Positions 25,890-35,464 are shown, counted from the first letter of the stretch. The stretch: DNA of 64,000 bases from Dehalococcoidales bacterium (GCA_016930185.1 JAFGHK010000059.1:9251-73250); one strand, 5' to 3'. Numbers and translations: made by a program. Notes: generated from the letters alone by a model not told the origin.

Positions 25890-26573
25890 TCAAGATTTAA
25901 GCTTTGCCTTTTCCTTAAACGCCAGTGCCCCCGTCGGGCAAACCTCGACACACTCCCGGCAGTTTAGGCACCTGTCTTTGCCTATAGGTTCATCCCCGAA
26001 GGTTGTCACCACCCTCTTGAAGCCCCGGTGCGCAAATCCCAGCACGGCTTTGTCTCCATGCTTACGGCATTCCCAGATGCACCGGCCGCACACAACGCAT
26101 TTATTGGGGTCGAGGGTAAAAAGGGAATTGCTGTCGTCTATCGGCAGCTCGCGCCTAAGCGGACGCAGGTTTTTCGGTTTCAGACTGCACTTGAGCGCCT
26201 TGGCTATTTTCTGCAGCTCGCAGTCGCCGTTGGCGCTGCAGTGTGCGCAGTCGAGGGCGTGCGACGCCATTAAAAGTTCGAACCCCGCACGGGATAAATC
26301 GAGCGCCTTTTTTCCCTTTGTATTAACGACCATCCCGTCCCTTACCTCCACCGTGCAGGAGGTCACCGGCTTTTTCTCCCCCTCTATCTCTACCCAGCAC
26401 AGCCGGCAAGAAGCGTTAGGCTCCGGCTTGTCTTTGATGGCGCACAGATTGGGGATATATATACCGTTCTCCAGTGCCGCCCATAACAATTTTTCACCGG
26501 CGCGGGTCTTTATTTCCTTCCCGTCTATCTTGAGTGTCACCTGTATATTGCGTGTGCTCATATCGGTTTTCAC
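25890..26573 (-). CDS. NuoG/HydA N-terminal-like Fe-S protein (2Fe-2S, His-ligated 4Fe-4S, two 4Fe-4S) lacking any catalytic domain
   Basis: KIDGKEI..CRLCWVEI (2Fe-2S), HALDCAHCSANGDC, CVVCGRCIWEC and CLNCRECVEVCPTGA. It ends after 227 aa with no H-cluster or molybdopterin region. Confidence 0.75.
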   Translation of the reverse strand: MKTDMSTRNIQVTLKIDGKEIKTRAGEKLLWAALENGIYIPNLCAIKDKPEPNASCRLCWVEIEGEKKPVTSCTVEVRDGMVVNTKGKKALDLSRAGFELLMASHALDCAHCSANGDCELQKIAKALKCSLKPKNLRPLRRELPIDDSNSLFTLDPNKCVVCGRCIWECRKHGDKAVLGFAHRGFKRVVTTFGDEPIGKDRCLNCRECVEVCPTGALAFKEKAKLKS

Positions 26574-26579
26574 TTTTAC

Positions 26580-28520
26580 TTATGGTTTTGACTTTTGAGC
26601 TTTTTCTTTTAAGTTATCCTCTGGCACCTCACTCGGCGGCGACAGCTTGACGATGGCGTTGTACTGCGGCGGGCATGCCTTAAGGCAGGTGCCGCACTTG
26701 ACACACTTCTCCTGGTCGATGATTTTATATCGCTTTTTAGGATGACTGTATATTGCCTCAACCGTGCATTCACCCACGCAAGCGTCGCAGGAGCGTTCGC
26801 ACTTATCGGGCAGGATATAGTAGGCGATGAGGTCCTGACACATCAGCGCCGGACACCTGCCGAGTGTGATGTGTTCTTCATATTCCTGCCTGAAGTACCG
26901 CAGCGTGGTGAGGATAGGGTTGGGCGCCGTCCGCCCGAGCTGGCATAGCGACCCTGCCTTTATCTCCCCCGCCAGCTTCTCCAGTAAATCTATGTCCTCG
27001 ATTTTCCCCTTGCCCTGGGTAAAGTCGGCCAGTAACTCCAGCATCTGTTTTGTTCCCAGCCGGCAGAACGTGCATTTGCCGCAGGACTCGCGCTGGGTGA
27101 ATTCCAGGAAGTAGCGGGCTATCTCCACCATGCAGTCCTCCTCGTCGCATACCACCATCCCCCCCGACCCCATGATAGCCCCGGCATTCTGTAATGAATC
27201 GAAGTCCACCGGCAGGTCTAAAGCCGCTTCCGGCAGGCAGCCTCCGGACGGACCTCCTATCTGGACTGCTTTAAAGCTTTTTTTGTTTGGAATGCCGCTG
27301 CCCACGTTGAAGATAATCTGGCGCAGCGTGGTGCCCATCGGCACCTCCACCATGCCCGTGTTGACTATTTTGCCCGCCAGCGCGAAAACGGCGGTGCCTG
27401 GACTTTCTCTGCTTCCGATTCCTCTAAACCACTCTGCGCCGTTATTGATAATCCGCGGCACATAGGCCAGTGTTTTGACATTATTGACGACCGTCGGCTT
27501 GCCGAAGAGACCCTGCACAGCCGGGTATGGCGGACGGTATCGGGGCATTCCCGCGTTGCCTTCAATCGAGGCTATCAGGGCTGTTTCTTCCCCGCACACA
27601 AACGCACCCGAGCCCTGGAATATCTGGATATCGAAGCTGAAGTCAGACCCCAGTACATGACTTCCTGTCAGATTTAACTTTTTTGCCTGTTTTAGTGCTG
27701 TCTCCAGCCGCGCCACTGCCAGCGGGTACTCGGCGCGGACATAGATGTAGCCGTAGCGTGCCCCCACCCCGTAGCCCGCGATAATTATCCCTTCGATTAC
27801 CGAGTGCGGGTCGCTCTCCAGTATTGCACGGTCGACAAATGCCCCGGGGTCGCCCTCGTCGGCGTTGCAGATTACGTACCTTGGCGTTCTCTTAGCATCA
27901 CGGCAGTATTGCCATTTTATACCAGTAGGAAAACCCGCTCCGCCCCTCCCCCTTAACCCGGATTTCTTTACTTCGTCGATGACGTTTTGTGGTGCCATTC
28001 CGAGGATTTTGGCCAGGCCTGCATAGCCCCCTGCAGCTATGTACTGCTCGATATCGGCAGGGTCAATATGCCCGCAGTTTTTCAGAACAATCTTTTGTTC
28101 GTGCTCGGCGCGCGGAAAGTCCTGGAAACTCGGAAGCATGTCGTTAGCTTCCAGTGCCCCGATGACGAACTCCGGGCACGGGTTTTCTCCGAGGATGAAC
28201 TCGTTGACCAGTCTCTCGGCGATGACCGGGTTGACATAGCCGTAGCATATCGCCGGATAGCCTGGCTTGCCGATGATGACGATTGGCTCGGCGTAGCAGT
28301 GACCCATACAGCCTACTTCTATCACCGGGCAATCTAGATTATGCTTCTTTATCTCTTCGCGGAAAGCCTTGAGTACGTCTAAGGCGCCGGCTGCCCGCCC
28401 GCAGGTGGCTGCCCCAACCATTATGTAAGTCTTGTTTTGCTTGAGTTCACGTACGTGCGACTCGGCACGCTCTTTTATTTCCCGGAAAACGGCGGCTGCC
28501 GGGAGTTCACTTGCTTTCAC
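26580..28520 (-). CDS. NuoF/HydB/HndC-like NAD(P)H-binding flavoprotein with extra Fe-S domains
   Basis: Thioredoxin-like 2Fe-2S N-domain (CGRAAG..CMGHCYAEP), FMN/NADH site GLRGRGGAGFPTGIKW, N3 cluster SCGKCTFCR, and a C-terminal 2x4Fe-4S (CVKCGTCLKACP). Confidence 0.88.
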   Translation of the reverse strand: MKASELPAAAVFREIKERAESHVRELKQNKTYIMVGAATCGRAAGALDVLKAFREEIKKHNLDCPVIEVGCMGHCYAEPIVIIGKPGYPAICYGYVNPVIAERLVNEFILGENPCPEFVIGALEANDMLPSFQDFPRAEHEQKIVLKNCGHIDPADIEQYIAAGGYAGLAKILGMAPQNVIDEVKKSGLRGRGGAGFPTGIKWQYCRDAKRTPRYVICNADEGDPGAFVDRAILESDPHSVIEGIIIAGYGVGARYGYIYVRAEYPLAVARLETALKQAKKLNLTGSHVLGSDFSFDIQIFQGSGAFVCGEETALIASIEGNAGMPRYRPPYPAVQGLFGKPTVVNNVKTLAYVPRIINNGAEWFRGIGSRESPGTAVFALAGKIVNTGMVEVPMGTTLRQIIFNVGSGIPNKKSFKAVQIGGPSGGCLPEAALDLPVDFDSLQNAGAIMGSGGMVVCDEEDCMVEIARYFLEFTQRESCGKCTFCRLGTKQMLELLADFTQGKGKIEDIDLLEKLAGEIKAGSLCQLGRTAPNPILTTLRYFRQEYEEHITLGRCPALMCQDLIAYYILPDKCERSCDACVGECTVEAIYSHPKKRYKIIDQEKCVKCGTCLKACPPQYNAIVKLSPPSEVPEDNLKEKAQKSKP

Positions 28521-29043
28521 TTTTCTCTTTTTCCTTCTTACCTTCCTCGTACCCGAAACCCAGCAGCAGGCCGTCTACCCTGGTTGGCTCTACCTGCCCC
28601 TCCGGCTTCTCGTCCACTACTGTTACCGGTGCCATGGTGCAGCACCCCACGCATGCCACAATATCCAGGTCGAATTCGCGGTCAGGCGTGGTCTCTCCCG
28701 AATCTATTTTCAGGCGCCGTTTCCAGGCGTCCAGCGTGATATAGCCGCCCTTCATGTGACAGGCAGTACCCAGGCATACCCTGATCGAATGCTTGCCGGG
28801 AGGGTTGAGACGGAACTGGTTATAGAAAGTTACCACGCTGTACACATCTATCGCCGCGATACCAAGATAATCGGCGATTTTTAGCATCGATTCTCGCGGC
28901 AGGTAGCCGAGCTTTCCCTGCACGCCCTGCAGTATCGGGATAAGATACTGCTTTTTGCGGGTGAACCTCTTTAATATCGTTTCGGTTTCTTTAACAATAT
29001 GTTTCCGTTCCTTTTCGTTTGCTGCTGAATTTACTTTGCTCAT
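28507..29043 (-). CDS. NuoE/HydC/HndA-like 2Fe-2S subunit
   Basis: CLGTACHMKG...CVGCCTMAP cluster motif. I prefer the ATG at 29043 over the TTG at 29097. It overlaps the NuoF-like start by 14 nt. Confidence 0.85.
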   Translation of the reverse strand: MSKVNSAANEKERKHIVKETETILKRFTRKKQYLIPILQGVQGKLGYLPRESMLKIADYLGIAAIDVYSVVTFYNQFRLNPPGKHSIRVCLGTACHMKGGYITLDAWKRRLKIDSGETTPDREFDLDIVACVGCCTMAPVTVVDEKPEGQVEPTRVDGLLLGFGYEEGKKEKEKSESK

Positions 29044-29199
29044 GGTATATTGCCCGCTACAATTCTGGCGAAGCTGACGGCTTTTGTCAAGGAACAATAT
29101 ATATTCTGCTCATTCACATGATATTAACACTCTGTTTATTTCTCGCGCCCTATTATTTACATTTTTTTTACGCTTCGGGGCATAGACTGCAGGTATCGA

Positions 29200-31359
29200 A
29201 TGACCGGGGTGTTGCCTATGAAGCAGTCTGGTATCAAAAAAATATGCCCTAAATTACTGCCAGTTCTGCTGGCGGTGATAGTCCTTTGCCTTATTGTTAC
29301 CTATGGTACGGTAATGGCTGACACTACCTGGACCCAGACTACCCAGGCGGACTTTACCTCCGGCACGTTTGTACAGCTGGATGCCGCCAGCAGCCCCGGC
29401 GACGTCAAGCTGACGCAGTGGGGCAGCGGTTATATCTATGCCTTTAGGGGCAGCGAAACAAAGACCTTCTGGCGCTACGATATCGCCACCGATACCTGGT
29501 CGCCTTTGGCCGACGCCCCCTATAATGTAGCCGCCGGCGGTGCTTTAGTCTATGATGGCAGCAACTATATCTACGCCCTGCACGGCAATTTGTCCGGAAA
29601 CTGGCATCATGACCGCTATTTTTCGCGATACGATATCGCCTCTAATACCTGGTCGTCTTTAGAGCAAACACCGTGTTCTGTTGGTGAGGGCGGTTCGCTT
29701 ACGTTCGACGGGACCTATATCTATGCCTTGAGGGGTAATTATAAGCAGCACTTCTGGCGTTATGACATTTCCACCAATTCCTGGTCTTATCTGGCATACA
29801 CTCCTGCGGGTGTTGGCGGTGGTGGCGCCTTGACTTACGCTGGGGGCGATTATATTTACGCGTTTAGGGGGAGCTGCACCAGCCACTTCTGGGAATACAG
29901 CATCTCCGGAGACACCTGGACTTATTTGACCGGGTCTCCCTCCGGGGTGGGTGACGGCGGCGCGCTGGCCTCTGACGGCGGGAATTATATCTACGCGCTT
30001 AAGGGCGAAAATACCGTCACCTTCTGGCGTTATAACGTTTCAACAGATTCCTGGATGGCCATGGCGGATACCCCGTCAACGCCATGCGTTTACGGCGGTG
30101 GTGCTCTCGTCTTTGATAAAAACGCCAATTTCTATGCCCTGCACGGCAATAATGAGGATGATTTCTGGAAATACGGTGTTACCGGTAATTCCTGGGCGAC
30201 AATGCACGATACCCCGGCGGATGTAGCTTATGGCGGCGCACTCGCATTTAAAGAGGGAGGAGTGTATTATTCCTCCGGAAATCTTGTGTCCTCGACTTAC
30301 GATACGGGAGACGCCTCGGTTTTCGGCAACCTGGCATGGACGGCCACTGCTCCCGCCGGCACTTCTATAAAATTCCAGATAGCCACCAATAATGATAGCG
30401 CCACCTGGGTTTTTAAGGGGCCCGACGGCACGGCGGGAACGTATTACACCTCTAGCGGTGGCCCGATATGGTACGGTCATGATACCGACCGTTATATTAA
30501 ATATAAGGCATTTTTCGGCACTACCGATACCAGCCAGACCCCTGTATTGCATGATGTCAGTATCAACTACAGCCCCTGGACATACCAGCCGACCGCCAAC
30601 ACCTCTGCGGCTACTCTGGTGGAGGAGACTACCGCCACCCTGCACGGCTCGGTCGTTAACGACGGCGGAGAAGCCTGCCAGTATCAGTTTATCTACGGCA
30701 CGGTCTACGGCGGCCCTTATCCCTACAGCACCGGCTGGACGGGTAGTGTGACTACCGGGCAGTCCTTCAGCGCGGCTGTTACAGGTCTGGCAAAGGGTAC
30801 TAAATACTACTTTGTGGCGCAGGTGAAAAACACCTCCGGCACCGGTAGTGGCGGTCAGCTTGATTTCCTTACCAAGCCCGACCCCCCCTTCTCCTTTACC
30901 GCCACGGCCGCCAGTGATACGCAGATTAATCTTAGCTGGACTAAGGGCGACGGTGCCTGGAAGACACTGGTGCGCCGCAGCGCTTCCGGCTATCCTTTAG
31001 ATAAAGACGACGGCGTGCAGGTCTATTTTGATACTGGCACGTCTGTTTCTGATACTGGGCTGACCTCGGATACGCTTTATTACTATCGCGCCTGGTCTTA
31101 TGTTTCCGGCAGCGAGCAGTGGTCGGATGGCTATGCCGACGCCAGCGCGCAGACTAACCCCGGACCTACAACCACAACTCCCCCCACCACTTCACCGACT
31201 ACCGAAGCTCCGTTAACTATCGGCGGCTCCGTTTATCCTGTGAACAAGCTGGAGGTCCTCATGCCCTGGCTCTGTCTTGCCGGGGGCATCATGCTGATTG
31301 TGGGGGCGATTGTCTTTAGAGTAGTCAGGAGAAGGTCATCGCGGCGTAATCTGAACTAA
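29200..31359 (+). CDS. secreted Kelch-repeat beta-propeller / FN3 surface protein with C-terminal membrane anchor
   Basis: Signal/TM LPVLLAVIVLCLIV (the likely start is the ATG at 29218). Six to seven repeats of YIYA[FL][RH]G...FW[RK]YD[IV]xT[DN][ST]W. Two FN3-like modules, a PT-rich linker, then VYPVNK-TM-RRRSSRR. Confidence 0.8.
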   Translation: MTGVLPMKQSGIKKICPKLLPVLLAVIVLCLIVTYGTVMADTTWTQTTQADFTSGTFVQLDAASSPGDVKLTQWGSGYIYAFRGSETKTFWRYDIATDTWSPLADAPYNVAAGGALVYDGSNYIYALHGNLSGNWHHDRYFSRYDIASNTWSSLEQTPCSVGEGGSLTFDGTYIYALRGNYKQHFWRYDISTNSWSYLAYTPAGVGGGGALTYAGGDYIYAFRGSCTSHFWEYSISGDTWTYLTGSPSGVGDGGALASDGGNYIYALKGENTVTFWRYNVSTDSWMAMADTPSTPCVYGGGALVFDKNANFYALHGNNEDDFWKYGVTGNSWATMHDTPADVAYGGALAFKEGGVYYSSGNLVSSTYDTGDASVFGNLAWTATAPAGTSIKFQIATNNDSATWVFKGPDGTAGTYYTSSGGPIWYGHDTDRYIKYKAFFGTTDTSQTPVLHDVSINYSPWTYQPTANTSAATLVEETTATLHGSVVNDGGEACQYQFIYGTVYGGPYPYSTGWTGSVTTGQSFSAAVTGLAKGTKYYFVAQVKNTSGTGSGGQLDFLTKPDPPFSFTATAASDTQINLSWTKGDGAWKTLVRRSASGYPLDKDDGVQVYFDTGTSVSDTGLTSDTLYYYRAWSYVSGSEQWSDGYADASAQTNPGPTTTTPPTTSPTTEAPLTIGGSVYPVNKLEVLMPWLCLAGGIMLIVGAIVFRVVRRRSSRRNLN

Positions 31360-32012
31360 CCCCTCCGACCGAATATCCGGCTGCCGATGCGTACCATGTT
31401 GGCGCCTTCTTCCAGGGCGATTTTGTAAGAATCTGTCATGCCCATGGAAAGAAATTTCATTTCTATGTTCGGCATGGCTGCTTTCCTGATGCTGTCGAAT
31501 AGTGCTTTCGTTTCTCGTAAACAGGCGCGCAGTTCTTCCTCCTGTATTGTCGCCGGCCCCATGGTCATAAGTCCCATCACTTGGATATTTTCCATCCCCG
31601 TGATGTCTTTAATCAGTTGTTCCGCGTTTTCCGGGTAAACCCCCGCCTTTTGCGCCTCCCGCCCGCTGTTGATTTCAATCAGCACTGGCATTATCTTGCC
31701 TATCTGACTGCATCTTTTATCGATTTCTGCCGCCAGTTCGACGGAATCGACCGTTTCTATCATGTCGAAAAGTGCTACAGCCTTCTTTACCTTGTTTTTC
31801 TGCAGGTGACCGATGAAATGCCACTTGACCTTACTACCTACTTCCTGATAGGCCTTTTCTGCTTCCTGCAGGTAGTTCTCCCCGATAATCCCGATGCCTG
31901 CCTCCACTGCTTCCGCGATTTCATCGGGCGTTCTTGTTTTTGCCGCGGCCACCAGTTTTACGCCTTCTGTCAACTCGGCAAGTAGTTGTTTAACATTCTC
32001 CGCAATGCTCAT
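31356..32012 (-). CDS. yggS: YggS-family pyridoxal-phosphate homeostasis protein
   Basis: LVAAAKTR (PLP Lys), HFIGHLQKNKVK and LSMGMTDSY motifs. Confidence 0.9.
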   Translation of the reverse strand: MSIAENVKQLLAELTEGVKLVAAAKTRTPDEIAEAVEAGIGIIGENYLQEAEKAYQEVGSKVKWHFIGHLQKNKVKKAVALFDMIETVDSVELAAEIDKRCSQIGKIMPVLIEINSGREAQKAGVYPENAEQLIKDITGMENIQVMGLMTMGPATIQEEELRACLRETKALFDSIRKAAMPNIEMKFLSMGMTDSYKIALEEGANMVRIGSRIFGRRG

Positions 32013-32188
32013 TTTTTTATTGGTAGTGGTAAGAAAGCTGGACTAATCACATTTTACCCCACCCGGGCAGCAGTAATAAAGAAAATCACTTAAATTTTGG
32101 GTAGGAAAAATATACGTGTATGAAGAAATACAGATAAAAATAACTGGGGGAATTAGATAATTTATGGTGAGGGAACAAGAAGCAGGTT

Positions 32189-32743
32189 TTATTCTTTGAT
32201 TGTTACCAGCTTCTTCTTTTTTGGATTTTTAGTTAGTGATTTTTGAAATATTTCTTTCATCGAGGCGGACATGCTGTTCAGCTTGGCGGCATCCGTGAAT
32301 TTCCTCTGTGCGGCCAGTTCTTCCTGTGCCGTGATGCGGATTACCCGTATATCGGCCAGGACCTTCTGAATCTCCTCGTTGGCCTCGTGTATCATATCTT
32401 CGATTTCTTTCTGCGTTGCCAGGCGTGTGTGCAGCACCAGCCGATGGGCTTCACTGCGTGCTTTCATGGCGGTTTCCTGCTGGTATTTAACCGCTTCTGC
32501 CCTCATCTTACGGATTAAATTCAGTTCCTGCTGGGCTATTTTCCGTATCCTGATTAGTGAAGTCGTGCTCTCACCGGTGTCTCCACTGCCATCGGATACC
32601 GGCCTGACGGACGGCTGCCTGGAGGCATGCGCCTTTTTCATGGGTGCCGCTGCTCTGGACGTCATTACTCTATTCGGGCTGTTATCCGCAGCCTGTTTGT
32701 TTTTATATGGCTCTACGCGTACTTTGCTTTGCGATATTTCCAT
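32189..32743 (-). CDS. hypothetical coiled-coil protein (disordered N-terminus, ATP-synthase-b-like helical region)
   Basis: Long ORF with no competing frame. The helical segment is RKMRAEAVKYQQETAMKARSEAHRLV...EIEDMIHEANEEIQKVLADI. No domain recognised. Confidence 0.55.
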   Translation of the reverse strand: MEISQSKVRVEPYKNKQAADNSPNRVMTSRAAAPMKKAHASRQPSVRPVSDGSGDTGESTTSLIRIRKIAQQELNLIRKMRAEAVKYQQETAMKARSEAHRLVLHTRLATQKEIEDMIHEANEEIQKVLADIRVIRITAQEELAAQRKFTDAAKLNSMSASMKEIFQKSLTKNPKKKKLVTIKE

Positions 32744-32938
32744 ATTTTACCTTTTTAAGACAATCAGTATCCGTTCTAATATTACATCTTGCTAGCGGTA
32801 GATACGGAGATGGGTATCACCTAATGTTGCTGGGTGTAACCCCCTAAATTTCCCTGGACTCCTCGTAGCTGGTGTGTAAAGCGTAATGGTTATGCTAGAA
32901 TAAAATCATTATCTGTTCTTGAACAAGGAGGTCAAGCT

Positions 32939-33208
32939 TTGTCTCCTGCTGAATATCTGGGTATATTCGCCGGGATTTTTACCACTTTTTCCACCGTTCC
33001 ACAATTATTGCGCATATATAAGCTTAAAAGCGCCCATGAGATAAGCTTTCTCTTCAATACGTCATTATTGATGGGGGTTACCATCTGGCTGGTCTATGGC
33101 ATTGTACTCGGACTCGTTCCATTAATAATATGGAACGCAATAGGCATCATTTTGAACGGCTGGCTACTATTCGCCAAGTTCAGGTACGGTCGGGCAAAAA
33201 GCATCTAG
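32939..33208 (+). CDS. SemiSWEET (PQ-loop) sugar transporter
   Basis: 89 aa with 3 TM. PQ motif FTTFSTVPQLLRIYK and W..YG in TM2. TTG start after AAGGAGG. Confidence 0.8.
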   Translation: MSPAEYLGIFAGIFTTFSTVPQLLRIYKLKSAHEISFLFNTSLLMGVTIWLVYGIVLGLVPLIIWNAIGIILNGWLLFAKFRYGRAKSI

Positions 33209-33278
33209 AAAGGCTTTTTATCACTGTGTTACAGTATCTGCCGTTAAATTATTCACATTTTCTTAAAAATCAGTTAGA

Positions 33279-33313
33279 AAACCATTGACCAATTGATTTA
33301 AATGGTTTACACT
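33279..33313 (+). promoter_or_regulatory. promoter-like element embedded in an inverted repeat
   Basis: TTGACC (33285-33290), a 17-nt spacer, then TACACT (33308-33313). IR AAACCATT (33279-33286) / AATGGTTT (33301-33308). About 210 nt upstream of the dksA-like gene. Confidence 0.4.
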
Positions 33314-33524
33314 ATGTATATTCCATCTCTTTGTATTACGATGAAAATGAGTGTATCCGTGATTATTGGCTGCCGGCACCGGTGGCATTGTTTATTTGCC
33401 TATTCGAGGGCGATGCTGGATTAACCAGTCCTTTTTCACAGTTTCTTTTTTCTAACTTTTGTTTATAGCAGCATATATAATGGATGGAATCGAGTGATAT
33501 TCCTGAAAGCCTTTCTCGATACTG

Positions 33525-33929
33525 GTGGAGACGCTTACGGAGGGACATATGGCTGAACAATATAAGAAACAGCATGGGCAGTTGACAGTTGAGCACAAGC
33601 GTCTTAGCGGCGAGTTGGCACAGCTGCAGACGAATAAGTCCACCGCTGAGGAGCGGCGGGAGGGCAGTCCCTTCGGCAAGCGTGAGGAAGAAGCCACCGA
33701 GACCCTGGAACTGGAAAAACGCCTGGCACTGGAAAATCGTATCCGTCAGGAAATAGCTTCCGTTGAGCATGCCCTGGATAAAATCAAGAAGGGCACCTAC
33801 GGACTCTGCGATAACTGCGGCAAGAAAATCGCCCCCGAACGTCTGGAGGCGCTGCCGCAGGCAAGCCTTTGCTTAAACTGCAAGGCGCTGTTGGCTAAAA
33901 ATGCAAAAACTACATCTCCCCCAAGATAG
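33525..33929 (+). CDS. DksA/TraR-family C4 zinc-finger protein
   Basis: Coiled-coil N-terminus, then CDNCGKKI...CLNCK. Confidence 0.8.
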   Translation: METLTEGHMAEQYKKQHGQLTVEHKRLSGELAQLQTNKSTAEERREGSPFGKREEEATETLELEKRLALENRIRQEIASVEHALDKIKKGTYGLCDNCGKKIAPERLEALPQASLCLNCKALLAKNAKTTSPPR

Positions 33930-34407
33930 ATGGCGCGATATTATCTTCGGCAGTGTTGTCGTTCTCGTTATTGTCATCGACCAACTCACCAAAGCATTAA
34001 TCAGGGCTAATCTTGCCATCGGGGAAATTTGGTTTGATGCCGGTTTTTTGCAGATAATAAATGTGCATAATACCGGGGCGGCCTTCGGTTTTTTCAAAGA
34101 CCATTCCCTTACCTTTATTATCACCGCTGCTATCGGTGTCATCGTCATCTTAATACTGGCTTTCCTTTTACGCAGTCGCTGGCGCTTCCTTGAAAGCATG
34201 TGGGTCAGGGTAGGGATGGCTCTGGTAATGGGTGGCATTATCGGTAATAATCTCATCGACCGCATCCGTATGGGGTATGTTACTGATTTTATCGACTTTA
34301 AAATATGGCCGGCCTGGAATGTGGCTGATGCCTCTATAACCGTCGGTGTTATCATAATTGCTTACCGACTTATATTCTATCCCGGTGGCGCTAAAAGCGA
34401 AGTATGA
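33901..34407 (+). CDS. lspA: lipoprotein signal peptidase (signal peptidase II)
   Basis: VIDQLTK, NTGAAFG and the FKIWPAWNVAD catalytic Asp motifs, with 4 TM. Confidence 0.92.
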   Translation: MQKLHLPQDRWRDIIFGSVVVLVIVIDQLTKALIRANLAIGEIWFDAGFLQIINVHNTGAAFGFFKDHSLTFIITAAIGVIVILILAFLLRSRWRFLESMWVRVGMALVMGGIIGNNLIDRIRMGYVTDFIDFKIWPAWNVADASITVGVIIIAYRLIFYPGGAKSEV

Positions 34408-35300
34408 CCAAGGAGTATTCCTTTACTGCTGACGTTGCCGGCGTCCGCCTCGATAGGTTTGTCGGGGAGAGATGCCCGGAGCTTTCACGCACCCATGCCC
34501 GGGAGCTTATTGGGGAAGGCTTGATTACTGTTAATGATAAGGCGGCCAAGCCCAGTGTCAAGCTGAATCCCGGCGATAAAATAAGTATCACTATTCCCCC
34601 TGCCCCTCAACCCGACCTGGAGGCGGAAGATATACCCCTCAAAATTATCTATGAAGATGAAGATGTTCTGGTGGTGGATAAGCCGGCCGGTCTGGCGGTG
34701 CACCCTGCCCCCGGCCACCCCTCTCATACGCTTGTGAACGCTGTCCTTAATTATCTGCCTTCTTTAGCCGGTGAAGATGATTCACTTCGACCCGGCATCG
34801 TTCACCGACTTGACAAAGATACCTCCGGGCTGATTTTGGTGGCTAAAAACCGCGTGGCGCAGGCGAATCTCTCGGCGCAGTTTAAAAACCGTATCGTGAA
34901 AAAGGCCTACCTGGCGCTGGTAAAGGGTAAACTCACGCCGGAGCAGGGTATCATCGAGGCCGCCATCGGCCGCGACCGTCATCATCGCCAGCGCATGGCC
35001 GTTGTCTCAAAGGGCAGGGAGGCCCGTACGGAATACCGCGTCGTCAAATATTACGGCAATCATACTCTACTGGAAATCAAACCGGAGACCGGCCGCACTC
35101 ACCAGATAAGAGTGCACCTGGCCGCCATTGGCTTTCCCGTCGTCGGCGATGCCGCCTACGGACTCAAGTCCCCCCGTTTCCCCCGCCAATTCCTCCACGC
35201 CGGCAAGATAGCTTTTCGTTTGCCCTCCACAGGTGACTTCGTGGAATTTGAGTCCCCCCTCCCCCCCGATTTAAAGCAGGTATTGGCAGATATTAGTTAA
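34404..35300 (+). CDS. rluD: RluA-family 23S rRNA pseudouridine synthase (RluD-like)
   Basis: S4 domain, HRLDKDTSGL catalytic motif, and GRTHQIRVH. Confidence 0.92.
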   Translation: MTKEYSFTADVAGVRLDRFVGERCPELSRTHARELIGEGLITVNDKAAKPSVKLNPGDKISITIPPAPQPDLEAEDIPLKIIYEDEDVLVVDKPAGLAVHPAPGHPSHTLVNAVLNYLPSLAGEDDSLRPGIVHRLDKDTSGLILVAKNRVAQANLSAQFKNRIVKKAYLALVKGKLTPEQGIIEAAIGRDRHHRQRMAVVSKGREARTEYRVVKYYGNHTLLEIKPETGRTHQIRVHLAAIGFPVVGDAAYGLKSPRFPRQFLHAGKIAFRLPSTGDFVEFESPLPPDLKQVLADIS

Positions 35301-35464
35301 TCAATTCCTTCCGCCTTTGTAACAGGCGCGTAAAGGGAGACCAAAAGGATTTTCCTTTTTCTCCTGTTCTGTTGTTGATATTATTTATTTAAAAATATAG
35401 ATAGATTGTGCTAAATGCTAAATTTGGTGTAATATCTCTGTAACGTAACATAGGTTAGTAAAAA

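Noticed and set aside
25664-25951. 95-aa minus-strand ORF in the AT-rich spacer
   Set aside because: Its composition is low-complexity Phe/Lys/Asn/Tyr. It overlaps the 3' end of the Fe-S gene and spans the direct repeats, so it is most likely non-coding.
25890-26573. Calling the 227-aa Fe-S protein a hydrogenase or formate dehydrogenase catalytic subunit
   Set aside because: It contains only the N-terminal 2Fe-2S/4Fe-4S ferredoxin-like modules. No H-cluster or molybdopterin-binding sequence follows before the stop.
33314-33424. 36-codon ORF in the dksA-like leader
   Set aside because: It has no SD and odd composition (Cys/His/Arg/Trp). There is nothing to support translation.
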